Shown: piece after piece, positions 48,889 through 57,853 of the stretch
Position numbering within the stretch: position 1 is the first letter of the stretch
Layout of the letters: the number at the start of each line of letters is the position of its first letter
From: Nitrososphaerota archaeon
Lineage (GTDB): Archaea; Thermoproteota; Nitrososphaeria_A; Caldarchaeales; Calditenuaceae
NCBI GenBank assembly: GCA_038845265.1
Contig: JAWBQR010000002.1
Location: forward strand, 1 to 64,000
Direction: 5' to 3'
DNA: 64,000 nt
Position numbers and translations under genes: made by a program
Notes under the pieces: model-generated
The model's database searches: none
What the model was told of the DNA's origin: nothing
The model's input: only the letters and a program-made list of their open reading frames with translations

Positions 48889-50244
48889 ATGTCTATGTCT
48901 TTAACATACATAAAGAATGGTAATGTTATAACAAGGTACGGATTGATTAAGGGTGGAAGCATTCTTATTTCTGATGAGAGGATAGCGGCAATAGTCAAAG
49001 GCGAAATCCCAGTTCAGGCAGACATAGTCATAGACGCGGACTCAAAGCTAATCTTACCAGGAGCCATAGATGTGCATCCCCATATAGATGATCCAAACTT
49101 CTTTGAGGGCAGAGAAGATTTCGAGACTGGTACGAGATCTGCGATAGTGGGTGGAGTTACCTCAATGGTTGAAATGCCCACTTGGAATCCAGTCCTAGAA
49201 AAATCAGTCATAGAGAATAAGATTGATAGAGGGAAGAGAATGAGCTATATTGACTTTAAGCTTCATGCTGGAAATGTCCGAGAAATATTAGACGAATCTG
49301 TCGTTAATGAACTCGAGAAGCTTGGAGTAATGTCTTATAAGACATTCACCTGCGATCCATACCTCTGTACAGACTATGTGATTCATGAAAACTTTAGAAA
49401 GTATGCTGATAGTGGGATAATATTCATGTTTCATGCAGAGAATAATGAGATTTTGAATGGTGTTAAGAAGGAGTTTGATGATAAAAAGATGAAGTCAGCG
49501 CGCTATCATCACTTGACTAGGCCATCGATCGCCGAGGTAGAGGCTGTAAATAGGATTCTCTTATTGGCCGAAAAGACTAATGCACAGATATATTTCGTTC
49601 ATATTAGTCTAGGCGAGTCTGTAAGGCTGATTAATGAGGCCAAGACGAGGAATGTTAAGGTCAAACTAGAGACGTGCCCCCACTATCTCTACTTTACTGA
49701 TAAGGACATGGAGAGGCTAGGGCCATACCTCAAGGTGAACCCCCCGGTCAGGACCGAAGATGATAGGAAAGCATTGATCAACTATCTAAATGCCGGCGTA
49801 GTAGACATAATTGCTAGTGATCATTATCCCACCTTCAAAGATGAGAGAGAGCCAGGATGGGAAGATATGGATAGAGTGAGGTCGGGGCTTCCTGGAATAG
49901 GAACGCTTTATCAATCAATAATCAACCTAATGCTAAATAATATTCTTAAGCCTGAGGTAGTTGTTAAAGTCCTTTCTGAGAATCCTGCTGAGATATTTAA
50001 GATCTCTGACAGAAAGGGCGGAATAGCTGTTGGAAAGGACGCGGACCTAGTTATACTTGATCCTAAAAGAGAGGTTCGAGTTACTCCGGAGAAATTCTTA
50101 ATCCATAGTGGCTGGACTCCCCTTGATGGAAGAGTATTCAAAGGCTATATAGAGAAGGTCATACTTAGGGGAGAAGTCGTAGTAGAAGACTATGAAATCA
50201 AAGCGAGAAAACCTGCAAAATATATAGGGACAGCCTTGTCTTAG
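48889..50244 (+). CDS. Cyclic amidohydrolase (allantoinase/hydantoinase/dihydropyrimidinase family)
   Basis: PGAIDVHPH, HAEN, ETCPHYL, KVNPP, ASDH. Confidence 0.9.
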   Translation: MSMSLTYIKNGNVITRYGLIKGGSILISDERIAAIVKGEIPVQADIVIDADSKLILPGAIDVHPHIDDPNFFEGREDFETGTRSAIVGGVTSMVEMPTWNPVLEKSVIENKIDRGKRMSYIDFKLHAGNVREILDESVVNELEKLGVMSYKTFTCDPYLCTDYVIHENFRKYADSGIIFMFHAENNEILNGVKKEFDDKKMKSARYHHLTRPSIAEVEAVNRILLLAEKTNAQIYFVHISLGESVRLINEAKTRNVKVKLETCPHYLYFTDKDMERLGPYLKVNPPVRTEDDRKALINYLNAGVVDIIASDHYPTFKDEREPGWEDMDRVRSGLPGIGTLYQSIINLMLNNILKPEVVVKVLSENPAEIFKISDRKGGIAVGKDADLVILDPKREVRVTPEKFLIHSGWTPLDGRVFKGYIEKVILRGEVVVEDYEIKARKPAKYIGTALS

Positions 50245-51980
50245 GATACTTCGATACTATTCATGAATTCATCGACAGTTAAGATATCGCCCGGCATGCC
50301 ATACTCGCGTAGAGATTGCGACAAAAGTGTTACCTGAGTCGGTCTGACAAAGGTCTTTTTGAGTACCTCAGTATTGCTGAGCACCTCGTTTGTCGGGCCA
50401 TCTAGTAAGATCTTCCCCTCGGCCAATGCGATTGTCCTCCTAGCCCACCTAGCGACAATCCACATCTCATGAGTAATGATTATAATCGTATGTCCCATCT
50501 CGTTCAGCCTTTGTAGGAAGTTCATCACGTCTATGCTTTGAGGCGTGTCCTGACCTGTGGTCGGCTCATCAACGATAAGTACGTCGGGCTTCATGGCTAA
50601 AACCGATGCTACGGCAATCCTCTGCCTCATGCCCTTACTCATTAGGAATGGATGCTCGTCTAAGATGTCTTCCGGAACCCCAGTTATCTTTATACTTTCA
50701 CGGATCCTTTGCTCTATCTCTTCTTCCTTAACTAGTCCAAATGACAACAAGTTCCTTAGGCCGAACTCAAGCTCCTTTCTGATCGTATCATTAAAGATCT
50801 GATGGTCAGGGTTCTGGAACACGTATCCAACCTTGGATATTAGCCTCGGCGTCGGAGTTACCCTAGTATCCATGCCAAAAATCTTAACCGACCCAGACGT
50901 AGGTTTATAAATTCCAGCTATGAGCTTCGAGAGTGTCGTCTTCCCAGAACCATTTTGACCAATTAGCGCTATGAACTCTCCCTTCCTAATCTTAAGGTCT
51001 AATCCTCTCAGAGCAACTGTTCCATCTGGATAGACATAATGTAAATTATCAACTTCTACTGCAGTTTCATCTCCTAAATGAGCCGGAGGCATCCGAGTGT
51101 CCGTCCGCTTCTTATTAGGCATTATCCTTCTCTCACTGAATAATCTCGCTAAGGACTCTACTGCCTCCTCGAGGCTCAGCGTTATATTTCCAAGTAGGTT
51201 ACGCTTCTTTAGGTATCCCGAAATAGCGCAGACATCCGGCACCCTCACTCCATTCTCGATCAAGAAGTCAGGGTCTGAGAAGAACTTCTCAGTCGGAGCA
51301 TCTAGAAGGATCTCGCCATCCTTTAAAAGAATGAATCTATCCGCAATTCTAGCAAGCTCCTCCAAATGATGCTCAACGACAATAATTGTCTCTACGAGTC
51401 TCTGCCTCTTCATGGATGTGATAATTTCCATGATCTCGTCCTTTCCTATCGGATCGAGCATAGAGGTGGGCTCGTCAAGCACCATAACTTTCGGACTCAT
51501 AGCCAAGGTAGCGGCCAATGCAGTTCTCTGTTTTTGGCCCCCTGAGAGCTCGACAGGGTCCTTCATCCTGAATTCCGATAGGCGCGTCATCTCCAACGCC
51601 CATGAAACCTTGTCCCTCACCTCTTCAGGCCGGTATCCTAAGTTCTGAGGACCAAAAGCAACCTCTTCATCGACTCTCGAAAGAAGGAACTGAGTCTCAG
51701 GATCCTGGAAGGTCATGCCGACAAATGCGCAGAGCGCCGCCACCTCAGTCGACGCAGTATCTTGGCCTAGAACCCTGACTCTTCCCTTCATTGCGCCCCT
51801 TTGTGAATGAGGAATAAGACCATTAAACGTAGATACTAATGATGATTTTCCCGAATCATTAGGCCCGGTTATTACTACGAACTCCTCGGGATTTATCTTG
51901 AGATTTATTCCTTTTAGGACCCAGTCCTTAGAATACTCGTATCTCCACCATAAATCCTCAATCTCTATGACGGGCTCCAT
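50241..51980 (-). CDS. ECF transporter fused A-A' ATPase
   Basis: Two ABC domains: GPNDSGKS/LSGGQ/DEPT and GQNGSGKT/MSKG/DEPT; FQDP and FQNP Q-loops. Confidence 0.92.
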   Translation of the reverse strand: MEPVIEIEDLWWRYEYSKDWVLKGINLKINPEEFVVITGPNDSGKSSLVSTFNGLIPHSQRGAMKGRVRVLGQDTASTEVAALCAFVGMTFQDPETQFLLSRVDEEVAFGPQNLGYRPEEVRDKVSWALEMTRLSEFRMKDPVELSGGQKQRTALAATLAMSPKVMVLDEPTSMLDPIGKDEIMEIITSMKRQRLVETIIVVEHHLEELARIADRFILLKDGEILLDAPTEKFFSDPDFLIENGVRVPDVCAISGYLKKRNLLGNITLSLEEAVESLARLFSERRIMPNKKRTDTRMPPAHLGDETAVEVDNLHYVYPDGTVALRGLDLKIRKGEFIALIGQNGSGKTTLSKLIAGIYKPTSGSVKIFGMDTRVTPTPRLISKVGYVFQNPDHQIFNDTIRKELEFGLRNLLSFGLVKEEEIEQRIRESIKITGVPEDILDEHPFLMSKGMRQRIAVASVLAMKPDVLIVDEPTTGQDTPQSIDVMNFLQRLNEMGHTIIIITHEMWIVARWARRTIALAEGKILLDGPTNEVLSNTEVLKKTFVRPTQVTLLSQSLREYGMPGDILTVDEFMNSIEVS

Positions 51981-51997
51981 TCAGACACCTCTCCCCC

Positions 51998-52870
51998 CTA
52001 CATGAACGGATTTGCAACTAAGCCATAAAACCTGGCGACTAATAAGCCTATAAACGCCAATACGAGCGTGACTATTATCACAGTGTCCGAGCCAGAGTAT
52101 CTCCAATAATACTTACCAACGTAGCTTTCTTTAAGCATCGCCTTCTCCTCGAGCAACTTTATCTTGAGTGGAGCCTTAAACGCCCTAGACTCCATCGTAA
52201 CTCCAGCATCAATCGCCTTCTTTATAGTAATAGCCACGAGAGGTATTAAGTAGTATCCGAATACGAATGGTCTCCTCCAGAGTGGCTGGGACTTAATATC
52301 TAGGCCTCTTGCCTTTTGAGCATCTTGAATCGTATTGAAGTCCGAGTCAAACATCCCTATGAACCTGAACGCCATCGTGAGATAGGTCCTAGCTACGTAC
52401 GATATATTCATCTTCTCAAAGGCACTCATAAGGTCCGACGTCGTTGTTATCGAGAGCCACAACAGCATGGCACTGACCAGGGCAAACATTCTGACATAAA
52501 CCATGACGCCGAATCCAAGCGCCTGACTATAAACCTCGACGGGACCTATAGTGGCTATGACGGTCGGAGACGGACCTGCTACCGACCTCCCAAAAAAGAT
52601 CACCGAGACAAATATGAAGAGTGCCAGAGTCATGAGGACCTTAAAGTATTTCTCGACATGCATAAGAGTTGCTTTAAATATCTTCATCAAAATTATATTG
52701 AAGAAGCCGAATAATGCATTATAAATTGGATTATCAATTATTATTGGATAGGCATTAAAAAATAAGAGGATTAAGATCTTAGTGATAGGGCTCATCCTAT
52801 TGGCGATAGACCTTGCATCAACGTATGAAAAAAAGGTTCTATATCTAGTAGCTATCTGCTGAGCACTCAC
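51998..52870 (-). CDS. ECF transporter T component
   Basis: MAFRFI, AQKARG, MESRAF motifs. Confidence 0.9.
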   Translation of the reverse strand: MSAQQIATRYRTFFSYVDARSIANRMSPITKILILLFFNAYPIIIDNPIYNALFGFFNIILMKIFKATLMHVEKYFKVLMTLALFIFVSVIFFGRSVAGPSPTVIATIGPVEVYSQALGFGVMVYVRMFALVSAMLLWLSITTTSDLMSAFEKMNISYVARTYLTMAFRFIGMFDSDFNTIQDAQKARGLDIKSQPLWRRPFVFGYYLIPLVAITIKKAIDAGVTMESRAFKAPLKIKLLEEKAMLKESYVGKYYWRYSGSDTVIIVTLVLAFIGLLVARFYGLVANPFM

Positions 52871-52874
52871 CTGG

Positions 52875-53462
52875 TTACCACCAATCTGGGAATACGTAGA
52901 CCCGTGTCCTCTTGACGTATGGAGTAGCGATCTTCAGTATTAGACTCCCAAAGACTATCGCGGGCCAAGTGTTACCGATGAACCAGCCTGCCCAGAAGAG
53001 TGGCTGTGCCTCCCAGGTAAATAGTCCCCATAGTACAAAAGCAGTGGTTCCGAGAGTTGCACCAATTGCGTTCTGCAGGACACAACCTATCAATATCCAT
53101 GCGAGCCAGTCCTTCCTAGTCTTTAGCTCTGGGTTAAGCTTGAACCTTCTGAATACCCATGCCACGGTCCATGCTTGGAAGAAGTTTGCAGGGATCAGTG
53201 TGGCTGCTACATACATGGGGATTGCCTCCCCGATGGCGTCAGATATTATCGGGAAGAGAAACGCGACGATGACCCCCCACATACCGAACCATATTCCACC
53301 TATAGCCTGTAGAGCCATGGCGGGCCAGAACCCTGAGACGTAACCTCCTATCGGTAGCGACATACTACCATATGCACCAACGACAATGCAGATTCCGGTC
53401 CAAGCAGCTAAGATGCTGCCCATAGTCGCGGCCGTCCTTTTTGGACGATAAACCTCGGTCAT
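52875..53462 (-). CDS. Probable ECF substrate-specific (S) component
   Basis: ~6 TM, Trp/Gly-rich (FWPAMALQAIGGIWFG); ATG 53462 follows GAGGTGA; co-oriented with T and A-A'. Confidence 0.75.
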   Translation of the reverse strand: MTEVYRPKRTAATMGSILAAWTGICIVVGAYGSMSLPIGGYVSGFWPAMALQAIGGIWFGMWGVIVAFLFPIISDAIGEAIPMYVAATLIPANFFQAWTVAWVFRRFKLNPELKTRKDWLAWILIGCVLQNAIGATLGTTAFVLWGLFTWEAQPLFWAGWFIGNTWPAIVFGSLILKIATPYVKRTRVYVFPDWW

Positions 53463-53472
53463 GTCATTCACC

Positions 53473-53592
53473 TCATATCTTTCCATAGTAGATAAATATT
53501 AGTATTATGCCTACTATCAAGATAATCAGCGAGATCGCCAGCAATGCAGAATCGCTTAATCCAATTTTCTTTTTTTCTATTATTTTTTTCAT
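53473..53592 (-). CDS. 39-aa single-TM microprotein heading the ECF operon (not in ORF track)
   Basis: MKKIIEKKKIGLSDSALLAISLIILIVGIILIFIYYGKI*; GAGGCGA before ATG; TATA-like box ~53619-53629; stop codon overlaps the SD of the S gene. Confidence 0.7.
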   Translation of the reverse strand: MKKIIEKKKIGLSDSALLAISLIILIVGIILIFIYYGKI

Positions 53593-53687
53593 ATCGCCTC
53601 GAAAAATACAAGTTAGGGATATATATAAACATTATGTTAAAAAATTAATTAATTGTAGATAATTCTTCTCTCAATCTTTGTTAGTAT

Positions 53688-54725
53688 CTACCTGTATAGT
53701 TGTTCACTCATGGTGACTGCCATAACTGCTGATTTAACGTACAGGCCGTTCTCGGCTTGTTCATATATGACTGAGCGGGGGCCATCCATTACTTCGTCTG
53801 TCGCCTCCTGTCCGCGAAGAACTGGAAGCACATGAGTCACTATGCCTTTCTTATCCATTAGGTCCGTGAGTTCTTGGGTTAAGATCCAATTTTTGTATTG
53901 ATTGTGAATTTGTATCTCCTTCTCGACTCCGAATTTTGATGCTCCGACTTTTAGGAGTTCCCAGCTAGCCCAGCTTCTCGGGAAGACTACATGAGCTCCC
54001 TCAATTGCGGATTTGAGGTCTGTTGTTTCCTCAAAGGCTCCGCCACTTCTATCTGCATTTTCTTTTGCTATCTTGGCTATTTCAGGATCTATGTTAAATC
54101 CAGGTGGATGAGCTACTACGACATCCATTCCGAACCTCGTCATAATGAGCGCCTCTTCCTGTATGCTGCATAGTCCTCTGAGTTTTGAGGCATATCCCCA
54201 CATGATTACGTACTTCTTTCTCTTAATGTCTCCAAGTTTTTCACGTACGGTCATGAGGTCCTGCATGCCTTGAGTTGGATGAAATGAGCAGCAACCCATG
54301 TCAATTACTGGAATCTCTGCATGTTTTGCATATTCCATTACTGTTGCTCTTCCGAGACCATATTTATAATCTATCGCGTCGTCTAAACATCTGACACCCA
54401 TGCCATGTCCATATCTTTCATACATCTTAGCGACGTCTTTAACAGCCTCTCCGAAGCCGACTCTCAGCGTCGAGACATCTATATATGTTCCATGTCCTCC
54501 GAGCAAGCTTGCTCCAGACTCGAATGCCGCCCTAGTCCTAGTTGATGGCGCATAAAATATGGCGAAGAAGCTTTTTCCTTCAAGTAGTTTTGGAAGAGGT
54601 TCTCTTTTACGATATTTTTCTTTAAGTTCTTTTGCTAGTTTTAATGTCTCTTCTATCTCCTCTATACTCCAATCTTGAGTAGATATCAGGTCTCGGCCGT
54701 ATAAATTAACGCTTATGCTGACCAT
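53688..54725 (-). CDS. Second carbamoyltransferase, non-canonical
   Basis: STRT, FHPTQ, MWGYASKLRG loop, HVLP, QAENG. Confidence 0.85.
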   Translation of the reverse strand: MVSISVNLYGRDLISTQDWSIEEIEETLKLAKELKEKYRKREPLPKLLEGKSFFAIFYAPSTRTRAAFESGASLLGGHGTYIDVSTLRVGFGEAVKDVAKMYERYGHGMGVRCLDDAIDYKYGLGRATVMEYAKHAEIPVIDMGCCSFHPTQGMQDLMTVREKLGDIKRKKYVIMWGYASKLRGLCSIQEEALIMTRFGMDVVVAHPPGFNIDPEIAKIAKENADRSGGAFEETTDLKSAIEGAHVVFPRSWASWELLKVGASKFGVEKEIQIHNQYKNWILTQELTDLMDKKGIVTHVLPVLRGQEATDEVMDGPRSVIYEQAENGLYVKSAVMAVTMSEQLYR

Positions 54726-54750
54726 GTTAAAGCGCTATCTTAAGATTTAT

Positions 54751-55536
54751 TTAAAGATTTCTAATGACAATATTTAGTTGTTTTTTCTTTATTCCGCTTG
54801 GTGGGTTATTGTTTGTTGTGGCGTCTATGAATTCTATTTCCGGCCTGATTGTTGTGAGCCATGAGAGAAGTTTTTGAGCATAGCTTAGTTTTTTCTTCTT
54901 TGCTTTTAGCCATTCTTGAGTTATGTTTTTTGATTTTTTTGAGCGTTGCCCTATTCTGCACGTTAGGCACATCCCAATTGTTATTATCTTTGTTGCTCCT
55001 AAGCCTGCTGCTATGAATACTGCTCTGTCACCGTCTGTGAATCCACCGAAGTTGTGGATGTGTCCCTTTGGCTCGGATTGGCATGTGGCTTCGATTCGCT
55101 CGTTGAAGAGCTTTCCTATATCGGCGACTTTTGGAATATTGTCGCCATGTGCATGGATGATTAGTACAGCCCCTCTGCTCCATGCATCGAGTAATTCTTC
55201 CATCTTACCGTCCATATCTGTCACTACTATGTCTGGAGTTAGTCCAGCCTCAAGTAGGGCTCCTGTGGCGCTGTCAGCAGAGAAAATGACATATTTATCT
55301 CTATGACCGAGCTCTAAGAGTTGTTTTGCCTCCTCGTCTATGGAATCCGATGCGCCTGCGACGACTACAGTGCCCCGACCCGAGACTAATCTCCTCAGTG
55401 ATGGTATAAGGCACGGCCTATCATTCATCTGGCTCGCAAGTATCGAGGATGCCTCGGAATCCTTCTCAACGCTATATCCGAAGTCTTCTACGATTATTCT
55501 GTACCACTCGTACCAGCCACTCGGCGTCTCAGCCAT
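54751..55536 (-). CDS. mptE: 6-hydroxymethyl-7,8-dihydropterin pyrophosphokinase
   Basis: VVTDMDG, HAHGDN, NFGGFTDGDRA, KKKKL. Confidence 0.9.
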   Translation of the reverse strand: MAETPSGWYEWYRIIVEDFGYSVEKDSEASSILASQMNDRPCLIPSLRRLVSGRGTVVVAGASDSIDEEAKQLLELGHRDKYVIFSADSATGALLEAGLTPDIVVTDMDGKMEELLDAWSRGAVLIIHAHGDNIPKVADIGKLFNERIEATCQSEPKGHIHNFGGFTDGDRAVFIAAGLGATKIITIGMCLTCRIGQRSKKSKNITQEWLKAKKKKLSYAQKLLSWLTTIRPEIEFIDATTNNNPPSGIKKKQLNIVIRNL

Positions 55537-56434
55537 GATTTTTCCTGATTTCTCCGAGCGTTGTTTTTAGTGTAGCGGCAAAGTCATGATTATGAATGCT
55601 CTCGATGCTTTTTACGACGATTTTTACCTCGGTGTTTGGGCTCAGGTTTGGGAAGCTCTCAGCGATTCTCTGGGCTATTATTCTGACTGCGTCCTCTACG
55701 AAGACGGGATTCCTAACCGCGTCTAGGACTAGATATGCCTCATCGGCGCGCTTCAGTAGCTCGTAGGTAGGCGCGCTTAGAGATGCTCTGACAATGTCGC
55801 CAAGGCCGATTAGGCAGGCCGACTCGTCACCGACGAGTTTCAGGTCTACGGAGGCATATGTCCGCTGCATATGAGTCGCGATTGGGGTGTCCCTCGGTGC
55901 CTGCTTTTCTTGGCTCCATATCTTTCTTATCATCTCCTGTGCGCATGGGCATGCAGTAATGCCTGAGACTGTTACGCCTATATGTCTGCGGGATGATATT
56001 GTGCCGTCTTTTCTCCAGCCGGTTGCTCCGGCCCTAATCTTGAATCTTTCCAGCGAGTCTTTCTTCGTAATTGGTGATTTCACTGTCCTGTAGAGGTCGG
56101 CCTTGAAGTTTCCTTCAGCCCAGTCTGAGTATTGATGCTTCTCCAGAAGCTTCTCAACTATGTATTTTGAGAGGTCTTCGAGCCTTGCTGTTTTCCATGC
56201 AGCGGTCGATAAAACTTCATAGATTGATTCGTAGCTTCTGCTTGCATGTATGCCACGTTGGTCCGCTGGTAGGTTAACGAAGACGCTGAAGACAGAGTTT
56301 TGCAATACATAGCCATCTAGCCTACCCACAACTCCGAGCGGTATCCTAACGTTTATCAATCCAACCCTGTTTATTCCCAGCCTTATTCTGGGACGCTCTG
56401 ACTGGACGTCCGGCAGATCAATAAACATATCCAT
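55529..56434 (-). CDS. mptA: GTP cyclohydrolase MptA/FolE2
   Basis: PDVQ, GIHASR, TACPCA, THMQR, FVEDAVR, ESIH. Confidence 0.92.
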   Translation of the reverse strand: MDMFIDLPDVQSERPRIRLGINRVGLINVRIPLGVVGRLDGYVLQNSVFSVFVNLPADQRGIHASRSYESIYEVLSTAAWKTARLEDLSKYIVEKLLEKHQYSDWAEGNFKADLYRTVKSPITKKDSLERFKIRAGATGWRKDGTISSRRHIGVTVSGITACPCAQEMIRKIWSQEKQAPRDTPIATHMQRTYASVDLKLVGDESACLIGLGDIVRASLSAPTYELLKRADEAYLVLDAVRNPVFVEDAVRIIAQRIAESFPNLSPNTEVKIVVKSIESIHNHDFAATLKTTLGEIRKNHG

Positions 56435-56491
56435 CTGTTATTCAGATATCTCGTTCTAATAAATTGCTTTGACTTTCTCAGAAAGCGGAGT

Positions 56492-57784
56492 CTATGGATA
56501 GATCCTCGTCGTTGTCCTGGGGAATAGACATGCGGCCCTGACATGCGGAAGATCCAGTATCCATTTTAGTATTCTTTCGATCCCCATTCCGAATCCAACA
56601 TGAGGCACTGAGCCAAACTTCCTAAGGTCTATGTACCATCCATAGTCATCGGGGTTGAGCTGGAACTCGCGTATCCTCTGGATGAGCTCATCATAGTCAT
56701 GTATCCTGACTCCTCCGCCGACTATCTCTCCGTTTCCACGAGGCGCAAGCAAGTCAGCGCTCAGCGTAACCCTCGGGTCCGAGGGATCCAATCGGTGATA
56801 GAATGCCTTTACTTCTCTTGGAAAATGCGTGAGGAAGACCGGTCTATCGAACTGTGAAGAGATTATCCGCTCCTCATCGGCGCCTATGTCGATTCCCCAG
56901 TCAGCGTCTAGGCCGTGTTCCCTCAGGATCCCCAGTGCTTCCTCATACCTTATCCTGTAGAAAGGCTTCTCCACCTCCTCTGTCCTGATCTTCTTTCCAA
57001 GCACCCTGAGCTCTTTCTCTGAGACCTCCGCCGTCCTGAGCACGACATAGCTGACTAGGTCCTCAATCACATTCATTAATGTCTCTATGTCTGCAAAGGC
57101 GATCTCTGCCTCGACGTGCCAGAACTCTGTGAGGTGCCTCGTCGTCCTGCTCTTCTCGGCCCTGAAGCTCGGCTGGACACTGTAGACCTTCTCGAGACTA
57201 TAGATGGCTGCCTCCTGATAGAACTGGACACTCTGGGTCAAGTATGCCTTCGACCCAAAGTAGTTAACCTCGAAGAGCGTAGCGCCCCCCTCGACCGCCG
57301 CGGTAATAATTGTTGGGCAATCAACCTCGTAGAAGCCCCTAGACCTGAAATACTCATGGACAGCGCCGATTAGGTTAGAGCGGATCCTCAGGAGAGCGGT
57401 AACCTTGGGGCTCCGGATATACAGATGCCTATAGTCATAGAGAGTCTTTGTGCCTACGCCCTTCCTGAGCGGATAGTCCTCGAGAGACTCGCCGACGACG
57501 TCCAGCCTCTTGCATCTAACCTCGACTCCGCCCGGCGCCCTCGGGTCATGAACCACAACTCCCCAGACCTTGACTGCAGACTCCTTCTTTATGCTCGAGG
57601 CCTTTCTGAGCGAGTCTTCATCAGCTACGCCGCCCTTGACCGCTACTTGGACTACGCCGCTCGAGTCCCTGAGGTCGATGAAGACGAGCTTGCCATGGCT
57701 CCTCCTATTCCTGACCCAGCCCCAGACCTCCACCTCTTCACCATCACTGCACTTATGGAGCTCCTCGGCCCTCCTCCTCATCAC
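56492..57784 (-). CDS. asnS: Asparagine--tRNA ligase
   Basis: OB anticodon domain, EGGATLF, FRAEKSRTTRHLTEFW, GSVPH.GFGMGIER. Confidence 0.85.
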   Translation of the reverse strand: MMRRRAEELHKCSDGEEVEVWGWVRNRRSHGKLVFIDLRDSSGVVQVAVKGGVADEDSLRKASSIKKESAVKVWGVVVHDPRAPGGVEVRCKRLDVVGESLEDYPLRKGVGTKTLYDYRHLYIRSPKVTALLRIRSNLIGAVHEYFRSRGFYEVDCPTIITAAVEGGATLFEVNYFGSKAYLTQSVQFYQEAAIYSLEKVYSVQPSFRAEKSRTTRHLTEFWHVEAEIAFADIETLMNVIEDLVSYVVLRTAEVSEKELRVLGKKIRTEEVEKPFYRIRYEEALGILREHGLDADWGIDIGADEERIISSQFDRPVFLTHFPREVKAFYHRLDPSDPRVTLSADLLAPRGNGEIVGGGVRIHDYDELIQRIREFQLNPDDYGWYIDLRKFGSVPHVGFGMGIERILKWILDLPHVRAACLFPRTTTRIYP

Positions 57785-57853
57785 AATGAATGAAATACAC
57801 GCCTATATATTAGGAAGGAGCCATGTGTCCATAATCACAATAATTGACTCCGA

